DNA of 64,000 nt from Octopus vulgaris (Eukaryota): the NCBI GenBank assembly GCA_951406725.2, contig OX597827.1, forward strand, positions 124,001-188,000. Reading direction: 5' to 3'. Under the pieces are notes generated by a model. The model did not search any database, was not told where the DNA came from, and saw only the letters and a program-made list of their open reading frames with translations. Shown here one piece after another: positions 51,419-62,227 of the stretch. Position 1 is the stretch's first letter, and every line of letters begins with the position of its first letter. The translations under genes and the position numbers were made by a program.

Positions 51419-51421
<3 letters not shown>
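49876..51421 (-). mobile_element. Full-length (1546 bp) Tc1 transposon, IR/DR type, with frameshifted DD34E transposase
   Basis: TA|CAGTAGTGGGCAAAATTAGAGAAC ... GTTCTCTAATTTTGGCTACTACTG. Long TIRs with a repeated caaaattagagaaca motif (49886, 50055). Catalytic motifs FSDESK, QDNAPCH and SPDLNSIENLW with 34 residues between D and E. Confidence 0.93.
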
Positions 51422-51460
<39 letters not shown>

Positions 51461-51576
51461 CTATATGTATTTATATATCTATGTGTGAGTGTGTACATGT
51501 TAGTCATTACACATGTGTACACACACATATATATATATGTATATACATATATAAGTATGTATGTATATATATATAT

Positions 51577-51875
51577 GGAGGCGCAATGGTTAGGGCAGTG
51601 GACTCGCGGTCGTAGGATCATAGTTTTGATTCTCAGACCGGGTGTTGTGAGTGTTTATTGAGCAAAAACACCTAAAGCTCCACGAGGCTCTGGCAGGGTG
51701 GTGGTGGCGATCCCTGCTGTACTCTTTCGCCACAACTTTCTCTCACTCTTTCTACTGTTGGCCTGCTCGCTTAGCGAGCGGAGTGGCGTCATTTGAAGGC
51801 AAAAACAATGCGAAGCACATTGTGACCAGCAATGTGTAGCAACATCTGATAGCCTGGTCGGTCACAGTGATCACG

Positions 51876-51878
<3 letters not shown>
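51577..51878 (+). mobile_element. tRNA-derived SINE, family E
   Basis: Head ggaggcgcaatggttagggcagtggactcgcggtcg..gattctcagaccggg, inserted within (TA)n. Confidence 0.75.
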
Positions 51879-51942
<64 letters not shown>

Positions 51943-51946
<4 letters not shown>

Positions 51947-52497
51947 GGGTTGGACAAAAGAATGGAAACACCTAGCATCATAGCATCATAATTTTGAAAT
52001 ATCTATAAAATCATCAAAATCTTGTTTATTTTTATGTTTTTGGTTTATTATTACTGTTGCTTAATATGTTTTGCTAAAATTGCTGTCTCTTTTCAGATAT
52101 CTTCAGAAAAAGGTAATTAATATTCATTAAAATGACAGATCTATCAGACTTTCAAAGAGGTCAAATTATTGGTGCTTGTATGGCAGGCGCTAGCATAATG
52201 AAGACAGCCGTAATGTTTGGTGTATCAAGAAGTACTGTCTCAAAAGTAATGACAGCCTTTGAGAAAGAGAAAAATCCTCCTCGTTGAAACAAAATTCCAG
52301 AAGAAAACCAAAACTTTCAGATAGGGACTGTCAGACTCTTATGCAAATTGTTAGAAAGGATCATAAAAGTACAGCTCCCAAAATTACTGCAGAGCTTAAT
52401 GACCACCTTGAGAACACAGTTTCCACAAAAACTGTTTGGCAGGAGCTGTACAAAGCCAGATTTCACAGGAGGGCTGCAATCAGAAGACCACTACTTT
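51943..52497 (+). mobile_element. Tc1 5' fragment (left TIR plus transposase DNA-binding domain)
   Basis: ATG at 52132 reads MTDLSDFQRGQIIGACMAGAS..FGVSRSTVSKV; after a frameshift RKPKLSDRD..KSTAPKITAELN..VSTKTV. Truncated before the catalytic domain. Confidence 0.85.
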
Positions 52498-52816
52498 TTT
52501 ATTGTTTATTATCCTCTGTGATTTTAAGTATAGCCCCCAGCCCTTTATGTACAAGCATTAAATAATACATCATATCTCATAATAGACTGGATATTTCAGT
52601 CTTTTGAAAACCAATAGATTATTGTGGCCCCAATACACTAGGAGAGCAAGGATCAGTCTATATTTTCTTGGTCTTACTCAGAAAATAAATATTCAGATAT
52701 AAAATTCCTTTTTTAATCAATATGATTAATAATATATGAAATGTTGCTAGAAAAGAAAGACTGATATGAATGAATTTCAATGAATGTGTGTGTGTGTGTG
52801 TGTGTGTGTGTGTCTG

Positions 52817-52853
<37 letters not shown>

Positions 52854-53791
52854 ACGTGTGTGTGCGCGTGTGTGTACGTGTATGTGTATGTCTGTAAATT
52901 TCTATATTCATATATAAACATGCAGGTGGTCAGAGCCATATATACACACATTTATCAACAGATACATAAATTTTTTTCAGAACATAGTGAAGGACTGAAA
53001 ATTCAAAATATGGATAACTTGAAATTTCATACACATAGGCATTCATCAAATAGACTCAAGTCAGAAAAGTCACCTATACTATAACAGAGAAGGCATCAAT
53101 TGGAAAATTTTGTAAAGTGCCTTAAATAATGTGTGTACAGGTGTCTCCTGTTATTGCAAAGGACCAGGTGATGAAAAGTGTTTTGCGTTTTAGTTAGTTA
53201 CTCTTTGATGGGAAAAAAGAAAATGGAAGTCTCTGGGAAAGTATTTTACAAAGTAAATTAAATTTTAAATGAAGGAGTGAAAGAAAATGTACAAAAAACC
53301 TCATTATGTGATGAATCAAGAGAATCTCTTGTTAATTAGAAAGTACTTTATGAAATGGCTACACTTGTTAAGGTTCTCTAATTTGATAATTATATATATT
53401 ACTTAATGTTGCTGAAGTACATAATCCACAGATTTTAGACTGACCTACTAATAACTATGAAATAAATAAATAACAAACAAAACAATATGTTCCCTATAGA
53501 ATCACTATTTGCATATGCAAATCCACTGGAAGGAATTATTTTCTTTGAGATACTACTTTTCTGATTTGAAACTATCTAATGATGTTTTGTGTGTGTATGT
53601 GTGTGCAAGTGTGCAGCTATGGTGAGACATTGTCTTGTGGAATTTTAGTCAAATGAATTAATCACAATGCTTGTTTTTTTGAAGCCTGGTACTTATTTTA
53701 TCAGTCTCGTTTGCTGAACTGCTAATTATGGGGACATAAACACACCAACACCAGTTGTCAAACAGTGGTGGGGACAAACACAGATACAAAG

Positions 53792-53826
<35 letters not shown>

Positions 53827-53940
53827 CGACTGATTTCTTTCAGTTTCCATCTACCAAATCTACATACAATGCATTGGGACTGAACCCAGAATCATGAGGT
53901 AGGGAAGCAAACTTCTTTTCACACAGCCACTTCTGCACTT

Positions 53941-53947
53941 TATATAA

Positions 53948-54042
<95 letters not shown>
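53941..54042. repeat. (TA)n microsatellite, the longest of many TA/CA/GA/TATG tracts
   Basis: Direct reading. Confidence 0.95.
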
Positions 54043-54045
<3 letters not shown>

Positions 54046-54205
54046 AAAAATGAGCTAAGGGAACTACTCAAAGTGGCCAACGGCTTGTATTTAAATCACA
54101 CACACACACACACACCTAGTAGTTTACCAGTATAGCACATTCACTGCGTATAGTAGTGATCAATAAAGATGCTCATATATTCCATCTTCTATTTCTCTCA
54201 TTAAT

Positions 54206-54260
<55 letters not shown>

Positions 54261-54892
54261 GCATATAGATAAAAATAAACATAGACACACACGTCTATAT
54301 ATATTTACATATGCACATATGCTGAAGAATAAGTATAGTTTACAAGATATGACATCCTCCAAGAAAGATAGAACTCAAAATATTTGCAGAGTAAAGATTT
54401 GATTGTAAGTATTTGAAAATTAATTCACTCCAGTGACCAAGAATAGGAATCCTTGAACTGATATATACATATACATACATAAATATACACACATTGTTTG
54501 AGATTGTCAAGCCCAATGTTATAGTTTATACTAGGGTCCATTTATAAACAAGACATAACAAGACTTGCAACATGATACTGTAAAAATCATGGTATGATAA
54601 GGGATTGAGTCCATGTTATGATGTGATGTTAAGAAATATCACCAATGATATCAGTGAAGACCTTATAGCCTTCATCATAAGATTCAAGCCATTGTGCAGT
54701 TTGATGCTGGTGATATTCTTGTCCTGTGATGTCAGTTAGTTCCTGATAGTCAAATTCATAAAAGATAGAAAATGTCTTGGTATGTTATGTTTAATGGCAC
54801 TGAAAACATTGAAGACTTTTAGCTTGCTGGATGGTTTTTGTTTTTAGTATATCTTTGCTTATAAATTCCTGTAAATGACTGACAATTGAAGC

Positions 54893-55050
54893 TGATGATG
54901 AGGATGAAAATGATGATGAGGAGGATGATGGGGATGATGATGAAGATGATGATGGGAATGATGATGAGGAGGATGATGGGGATGATGATGAAGATGATGA
55001 TGGGAATGATGATGATGATAATGATGACGATGACGATAACAACAACAAGG
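54893..55050. repeat. Compound (GAT)n/(GAG)n microsatellite with a higher-order duplication
   Basis: gatgatgaggaggatgatggggatgatgatgaagatgatgatgggaat is repeated. Confidence 0.9.
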
Positions 55051-55737
55051 AGGGGAGAGGAGAGGGGAAGGAGGAGGGGGATGGTTTGATTCAATAAATT
55101 ATTGTTGGTATAGTTAAGTAGGGGCAGGCTCTGATCACAGAAATGACAAATTTTCTCATATCTACATACATATATGCATACAAACATATATACATTCATA
55201 TGTACATACACACACACACACAAACAGGTCTGCTGTGGGACTTAATAGTCTTAAGAGAGGTCATAGGCAGAATGTCAGAAATATCATTGTCAACAAGGAA
55301 GCTCAGAGACAGCAATTGTCTGTGAAGATGGAGCAATCACCATGTATGTATATCTGTGTGTGTGTGTGCATATATGTATGTTTGTTTATGTTTTCTAATT
55401 GCCAGTTTTACATATAAAATATATTTGTGCAGGGGAAATATTACCTTGCTCAGAAGCAGCTAACTGTTGGTAACAGGAAAGGTATCTGGCCATAGAAAAT
55501 CTGACCCATGCAAGCATGGAAAAGTTTATATGAAACTGATGAGGAGGATGATAATAACAACGACAATGATGATGATGATGATGACGACGACGACGACATT
55601 GATATATAATATACATATGTATGCATATGATATATATATATTTACATGAAATATAAAATATATATGCATACATAATACATCAGTCTAATCAATCATATAT
55701 ATGTGTGTGTGATTGTATATATATATATATATATGTG

Positions 55738-55779
<42 letters not shown>

Positions 55780-55856
55780 CTGGAGTAAGCACATAAATGT
55801 GAAACAAGGTGGAAAAAAAGAGTACTCAAATACCAGAGGTAGAATAATATGCATTA

Positions 55857-56010
55857 TTTAAAAGCAGCAGAAATATATACCAAAAGCTGTTACTCAGAGT
55901 TTCATGTTCCTGTTTGTCGAACAGTTTTGTTAAAAAAAAAAACTGTCTGACGAACGGGAACGTGAAACTCCGAGTAACAGCTTTTGTTATATATATCTGC
56001 TGCTTTAAAA
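55857..56010. repeat. Inverted repeat (~70-bp arms) immediately 3' of the ZNF-B stop, probably derived from Penelope pseudo-LTRs
   Basis: tttaaagcagcaga..aaaagctgttactcagagtttca..acagtttt pairs with aaaactgt..tgaaactccgagtaacagctttt..tctgctgctttaaa. Confidence 0.9.
55938..55985 (+). ncRNA. Minimal type I hammerhead ribozyme motif
   Basis: Stem I cugu/acag, core CUGACGA (55947-53), stem II ACG-GGAA-CGU, GAAA (55964-67), near-palindromic stem III ACUC-C-GAGU, cleavage triplet GUA ending at 55976. Confidence 0.75.
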
Positions 56011-56053
56011 TAAAGTATATATATATATATATATATATCAGCCTCTTCTCTCT

Positions 56054-58723
56054 TTATGTGGAGGTTGGTACATTGATGTAGAGTGGAACATTGATGTGGT
56101 GTGGAAGGTTAAGCTGTTGTGATATGCCGAGCTGGTGTGGTGCAGTACCAGCATGCTGGTGGTGATGGTGTTGCTGCAACACATTGAGCTGGTGTGGCAC
56201 GGTCGCTGGGTGTGGTTGGATCATGTTGAGGTGACGGGGAAGGCTGGAATGATGTGGCATGCCAAGTGGATGTGTGGAGACATTCGTGTGTTGCGAGAGG
56301 ACACTGGTTGGGTGGTGGGGTGGGAGGCTGAGTGATTGATGGTGTGAATGGGACTGTTGCTGTTGTTGTTGTTGATGATGATGATGCTGTTGTTGCTGTT
56401 GATGAGGGTGATGAGGATGGTGATGCCCCCCCATACCTGCTGGGTGTGGCGTTTGTGGTTGATGCTGGTGATGTGTCTGGGGTGGGGGCGGAGGGGGTGG
56501 TGGTGGCGGGGGAGGAAGTTGTGGTGGAAGTGATGCATGTTGTTGTTGCTGCTGCTGTTGTTGTTGTTGTTGTTGTTGCTGCTGCTGCTGCTGTGCAGAA
56601 GACAACCCTAACTGGTGATCTTGTCCCAATGAGCTGCTACTATGATGTGAAGTCACACTGGTGTGGTGTGACATGTTGGAGTGTCGTGGATGGACAGACA
56701 TCTGATGTGGGATACCAACTTGGTGAGTGAGAGGGCTGGTACCTGATTGGTTTTCACTGCTGCTACTGTTGCTGCTGCTAGCAACACCGCTAGTGACAGG
56801 GGTGATACTGCCCTCTTCTACCCCACTTGTCACCATCTGGGTGGCAAGATTTTGTTGAGAAGTTTCTCTGGGCAACTCTTTGGTGTCAGCACTTGACTGG
56901 ATATTGTTGCTGCTGTCACTGTTATTGCTGTTATTGTTACTGTTGTTACTGCTGCTGTTGTTGTTGTTGTTTGTAGTGGAGGTAGTGGTGGTTGAAGTGA
57001 TACTGATGGTTGTATTAGGGATGCTAACAGGAGTTGATTCAAGGTTGCGTCTGTTGACACAACTCCACCGTTTTCCTTTTTTCTTGTTCCCACGCCTATG
57101 ACGTATCAAGTTGCCGACACGGGAAAATGAATAGCCACAGTCTTCACATTTGTATGGTCGCTCCCCAGTGTGTATCCGCATGTGAGCTTTCATATGGGAT
57201 TTCTGTGAGAAGGTCTTGTTGCACACTTCACATGGGAATCGCTTGGCACCAGGCATGTGTACACGTTGATGGCGCTCCAAATCATTCATGTTGGTGAAAC
57301 CTTTGCCACAGATGTTGCAAGCAAATGTTTGCAACTGTGTTTGCATCCATTTGTTGCTGCTACTCACTTGCTGTGAACGTGTGAAGTTCCTCCAGCAAGC
57401 ACCACAGTCTAACTGCATGTTGTCTGTGTCATCTGCATGGTCGCACTCCTCACCTTGATTAGTCACCAAACCCATGTTGCAGTTACTTCCATCCTTATCG
57501 TCTTCATCTAAATGCAGGTTTTGTGGGAACACAGCTTGTCCAGTCTCAGGAATGTTTGTTGCAGGAGGACCAAATTGCCCTAACTTTGAATGAAGTCGCA
57601 TGTGACGCATGAGATTGCCATTCCTGGTAAAAGAGAATCCACAAATGCCACATTTAAATGGCATTTCTCCTGTGTGCAGTCGTTGATGCACTTTCAGATG
57701 TGTACGCTGTGTAAAGGCTTTTGGACATACATTGCAGACAAACCTACGTTCACCCATATGTAGACGCTTGTGTCTTAGCATGTTGCCATACTGGGTAAAA
57801 GATTTGCCACAAAGTGAACACTGGTAAGGCTGAACAGCCTTGTGAATACGCCGATGGACACTAATGTGTGAACGTTGACTGAAAACACGCCAACAAATGG
57901 CACAGTCTAATAAATTTCCTTTCTTGTAAATCAAGCAGTCTTTGTTTGTGTTTTTGTTAAGGAAACCATTTTTGTGTAACTTGCCATTCTTTTTCGAAGC
58001 ATTTTTAGGTGGAAGAACCAAAGCATTTTCTGATGATGAATTTTCAAACAAGTGTTTCTTTTTGGATCTGTGCATTTTATTGTGCCTGGCCAGATTGCCA
58101 TTTCGAGAAAATGCATAACCACATACCTCACACTTGAATGGTCTCTCACCTGAATGCACACGGGTGTGAGCCTTGAGATGCGATCGCTGGCGGAAACTTT
58201 TACTGCAAACTTCACAGTTGAACAATTTGCCATCCTCATGTGTTTTCTTGTGACGTTCCAAGTTTTGCAAACGTGGGAAGCTCTTCTCACACAGATCACA
58301 CTTGTAGGGCAAAACTGCAGAATGGATCTGTTTGTGAACACTAACATGTGATCGCTGACTGAATGCTTTCCAGCAGATCTTGCAGTCAAACAGCTTGGGT
58401 GGAAGTGGACTACCCTGCATTGGTGATATTCCTGATATGGGTGGTGGCATTGGTAGTGGGGGTAGTTGAAAGTTACAGTTCTTTTCAGCACATGACATAG
58501 AGCAGTCTCCTCCATATGATGATACACTTCCACAGGATGAAGGGTTGATACATTCCCCTTGCTCCTCATTATCATCTCCACAGCAGCCACCCTTATTACT
58601 GATGTTGCACATCTGGCATTTATATGGATTGCTGTCATTGTAAGAATTAATTCTCTTTTTACATGGCATTGATGTACTGTTTTGAACCGAGAGATTCATA
58701 CACTCATCGCAGTCGAATAGCAT
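56054..58723 (-). CDS. C2H2 zinc-finger protein ZNF-B (~889 aa from the first ATG); 10 canonical plus 2 degenerate fingers and an N/S/Q/P/H-rich C-terminus
   Basis: Uninterrupted 2.7-kb ORF with TGERP/SGERP/TGEMP linkers. Acceptor ttttcttttctaccatctacag at 58863. An in-frame TAA at 58781-83 makes ATG 58723 the likely start. Confidence 0.95.
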   Translation of the reverse strand: MLFDCDECMNLSVQNSTSMPCKKRINSYNDSNPYKCQMCNISNKGGCCGDDNEEQGECINPSSCGSVSSYGGDCSMSCAEKNCNFQLPPLPMPPPISGISPMQGSPLPPKLFDCKICWKAFSQRSHVSVHKQIHSAVLPYKCDLCEKSFPRLQNLERHKKTHEDGKLFNCEVCSKSFRQRSHLKAHTRVHSGERPFKCEVCGYAFSRNGNLARHNKMHRSKKKHLFENSSSENALVLPPKNASKKNGKLHKNGFLNKNTNKDCLIYKKGNLLDCAICWRVFSQRSHISVHRRIHKAVQPYQCSLCGKSFTQYGNMLRHKRLHMGERRFVCNVCPKAFTQRTHLKVHQRLHTGEMPFKCGICGFSFTRNGNLMRHMRLHSKLGQFGPPATNIPETGQAVFPQNLHLDEDDKDGSNCNMGLVTNQGEECDHADDTDNMQLDCGACWRNFTRSQQVSSSNKWMQTQLQTFACNICGKGFTNMNDLERHQRVHMPGAKRFPCEVCNKTFSQKSHMKAHMRIHTGERPYKCEDCGYSFSRVGNLIRHRRGNKKKGKRWSCVNRRNLESTPVSIPNTTISITSTTTTSTTNNNNNSSSNNSNNNSNNSDSSNNIQSSADTKELPRETSQQNLATQMVTSGVEEGSITPVTSGVASSSNSSSSENQSGTSPLTHQVGIPHQMSVHPRHSNMSHHTSVTSHHSSSSLGQDHQLGLSSAQQQQQQQQQQQQQQQQQQHASLPPQLPPPPPPPPPPPPQTHHQHQPQTPHPAGMGGHHHPHHPHQQQQQHHHHQQQQQQQSHSHHQSLSLPPHHPTSVLSQHTNVSTHPLGMPHHSSLPRHLNMIQPHPATVPHQLNVLQQHHHHQHAGTAPHQLGISQQLNLPHHINVPLYINVPTST

Positions 58724-59499
58724 GATGTGTTGTTGGTCACTTGAGTCTAGTCCTTGGTTCACTTGATGACTTGAACACTTTTACAAGAAGTAGGAATGTA
58801 AGACAGATCCTACCTCATTCATGGAAAGGTCAGTTGACAAACACTGCTGCTCTCGACACGCTCTGTAGATGGTAGAAAAGAAAATAATTCATTTTAGTTT
58901 TCAATTAACAAATAAACAATAAAAGAACATACAATAAGTACAATCACTTTTTTGAAAATATGAAAAGGGCAAGTTGTGATGTTCATGCATTTCCAAAACA
59001 CATTGTGGGAGTGGAAAGGGTTAGATAACTGAATATTAACTGATGTATATCTATGTTCACCACACTCAAAGAGGGAACCTTGACTTGCTAGAAATAGCAG
59101 TTAAATATTCCTAAGATTAGGAAGTGGTGTATGTGTGTGTGTGTGTGTGTACTCTTGATTTAAATTGTCACTCGTATTTTACCCATTCTTAATGAAAGTC
59201 ATGAGTCAAATGATCATAGATTGGTATACGAAATAAAATCTGACAAATAAGCAAATCACAACGAAAGTCTTTTTGCTTCGGTTGGAACATGTAACACTTT
59301 TATAGGGGAGGGGGGGCTATCTGACAGTCATTACCAGATATTTTGAAATATTTCAATAATTTACTCACAGAGTAAGCCAGATTCCAAAATGGTATATGTT
59401 GGACTCGAGAAGTAAAGTGAAAAAGTATGACACACTGACATTCACATTTATTATATTAGATATGTTTAATTTGGGGAAACTGTATTTCAATTGAAGTGT

Positions 59500-59552
<53 letters not shown>

Positions 59553-59956
59553 GTGTGTATGTACATATGTACACACACATATATATACATATATACATAC
59601 ATATAGGTGCGGGCATGGCTGTGTGGATAGGAAGCTTGCTTCCCAGCTACATGATTTCAGGTTCAGTCCCACCGTGTGGCACCTTGGGCAAGTGTCTTCT
59701 GCTATAGCCCTGGGCCGACCAGAGCTTTGTAATTGAATTTGGTAGGCAGAAGTTACTGCTGCGTGTGTATATGTGTGTGTAGGTTCTTGTGTCTCTCTAA
59801 TAAAGAGAGAGAGAGGGATATATAAGTATGTATGTATGTATTAAAGAATGCAAAAAATAAAACCAAAATTATGGTGTTCAGTAGTTGATCCAGTATGCTG
59901 GCGACAGGAGTTTCTCTCCAGGAAAGTTGTACATCATCTCCCTCTTTCTCTCATAT

Positions 59957-59993
<37 letters not shown>

Positions 59994-60266
59994 ATTACTC
60001 CCATTGCCACTGTCAACACTACTACTTTTAATAATAATTAACTCTCTAAAAGGCTAGGAAACTAATAAAGCGATTAACACCCCCCTCCCTTAAGCATCTT
60101 TCACGCTTTATGGCAAGACTAACACCTAAGTAACTTTTTACGGGGAACCGCATGTGTAATATTACAACAACAATCAAGTAAAAAAATAAAGTAACAAAAA
60201 TTATAACAGCAATAATGTAGGACTGAAATATGGCAAGTCTATAAAACTTCCTTATAAACAACATTT

Positions 60267-61933
60267 TTAGTTTTCCCCCGGGGGATGAAGGCTGTTCCTA
60301 CAACCCACTCTTGAGCAGCCAATGTACAGCTGACCATGTGAAAAGCATGGTTGAGCTAAGTAAAGTCCAACGACAGACAGCAACTGCCCCTGGGACTTAT
60401 TAATGGACATGGTGTAAATCGGAAACTGCACTCTGCAGAATGTGAATGGTAAGACAGTGATACCCCCCCGCCATTTATCAAGCAATCTTTCCTTGTGTAG
60501 GCAAGCCCACAAGGGCCATGGACCATATTAGACTTCACTATGCCATGGAGTTTACTATCAACGCCAGGATCAGGTTTGTGGCTTTCCTTTATGTCTCACA
60601 AAGTAACATCTAATGCCTCAAGGGCACCCTTGTCAGTTATTGTGCATTCATCCCAAACAATCAGGTGGCATTGTGTGAGCAATTGCCCGTTATCTTTGAA
60701 ATGTTGCAAACAGGCGTTGGTGAACTTGTAGAGTGTGCAGTCCTGCCACCAGGGAGCTGAGTAGCAGCTATGCCCCAAGTTGCCATAGCGATGCACTTTT
60801 GTAGCCTTACTTTTGCAAGAATTAGTCTAGTTATGAACGTTTTTGCCTGTCCATCAGGAGCGTTAAGGAAGAAAACGCCACCTTTACGACCCTGGACTTG
60901 CTGAACGATAGTGTCATAGGCGTGCTTCTGGTCAGTTAGCAAGAGTGCCTCATTGATCTGTATATATGCGAATAGTTCAGTAATGTTGTAAGATGTTTTC
61001 CGAATAATCTCAGAAGGGAGATCATTTGAGGTAGGCTTTGCAGTGAGGGGGGGGAAGCCCGTAAGTGGTCATTACGTCACCACCTAAAGCTAAAGTTTTG
61101 TTTTCAATCTGAATCAGCGCTAGGTTATATATTGTATCGGTGAAACCTATACTTAAAGTAGGGAATCGAAGCTGAGCGGCTCACCTAAAGTTCTTGGACA
61201 GGTCATTCCTAAATTGAAGCCACAAAGGATACGGACTACTGCGTGCATAATTGTGCAGTATAATAGCAAAAAGTGTTCTAAGGCTTCCGGGTGATTTGGA
61301 TACACAAGCCTCTGATAAGCAGGCTTGCCACTGCCTGTCATCGTCAAGAAGACTGCTATTGACATGCTCCCTTGTATATTGCAAAAACGTTTTCATCCAC
61401 AGTTCTTAAATCCTGAAAGCAAGTTGGGCCTGCTACTTTGTGTAGAAGAAGACGGAGATGAAAGTACTCAGTCTGATTTGGGTGCACGGTATAAACGTGC
61501 CCAAAATAATGATTGAACTTAACGCCTTCGTGCCCTTCAACAGTTTTACTTGTCTTCTTTTTCCTCCACATCTTATTGTTCCAGGTGTAGTCGGATGGAA
61601 CTTGTGGGTAAAAGAGTGTCCGTGCAAAAGGATCGACCTGACAAAGTTTAAAAAACACAGTAAGCTTAGTATCTGATGGAGCCTATGCTACCTGGGCAGC
61701 AGCAGCTTCACTGAAATACACTCTTTGACCGTTTTCAAGATGAGCAGCAAGCTGAACAACGGCAGGATACCTTTCGTGTATTGCAAAACCGAAAATACGC
61801 CAAAACGCTTCATTGCTGCTTACGTACCATGCAGCCTGGTATTGCATTACTTCATCGTGTTGGTTGATGCCTTGGAGGCCTAACATGGCAACATCGGACC
61901 CATTTTTTATGTATTTGCAGGCATATTTGATTG
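60267..61933 (-). mobile_element. Decayed autonomous-type Helitron (RepHel: end of Rep domain plus Pif1-family helicase), interrupted by the Gypsy element
   Basis: IKYACKYI..YVSSNEAFWRIFGFAIHERYPAVVQLAAHLENGQRVYF, YFHLRLLL..GPTCFQDLRTV, FFLNAPDGQAKTF (Walker A remnant), [33 protein letters not shown]. Confidence 0.92.
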
Positions 61934-62227
61934 TGTGGGATGACGTCAGCAGCTGGGGAGCTGACCGGAAGGGGCAGCGGTGACACGCGCGCAGCGAGGG
62001 AGGATTCTGCCTTTTCGAGTCAGGTTGCCTAGTGGGTAAGATGGGTCAGCACGTTGTTAAGGTTTGGGAGAAGCAGCTGCTATCTCTAGCGTTCGGGTCG
62101 GGCTGTGTTGAAGGATCCATACCGCTGAAGGGTCTCCATCTGAGCGAAGAGAAGGTAGGTGCCTTTATTTCGAATCTCTCGCACACACCACAAGCTATTT
62201 CGGCACTCCATATAAGACGTCACCACA
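61934..62227 (+). mobile_element. 5' LTR of a Ty3/Gypsy retrotransposon (294 bp)
   Basis: TGTGGGATGACGTC ... GACGTCACCACA inverted termini, an abrupt rise in GC content, and a PBS-like TGGCAGCG immediately after. Confidence 0.8.

Noticed and set aside
54791-55223. Poly-Ser, poly-Ile and poly-Met ORFs
   Set aside because: Frames of a compound (GAT)n repeat with no domain or splice support.
57931-58638. 235-aa overlapping ORF in another frame of ZNF-B (also 18365-18679, 18465-18959 and 56332-56730)
   Set aside because: Shadow frames of zinc-finger and triplet-repeat codons with no recognisable motifs.
58724-58762. GTG start given by the ORF track for ZNF-B
   Set aside because: In a eukaryotic gene the first in-frame ATG (58723) is more plausible, and an in-frame stop lies at 58781-83.
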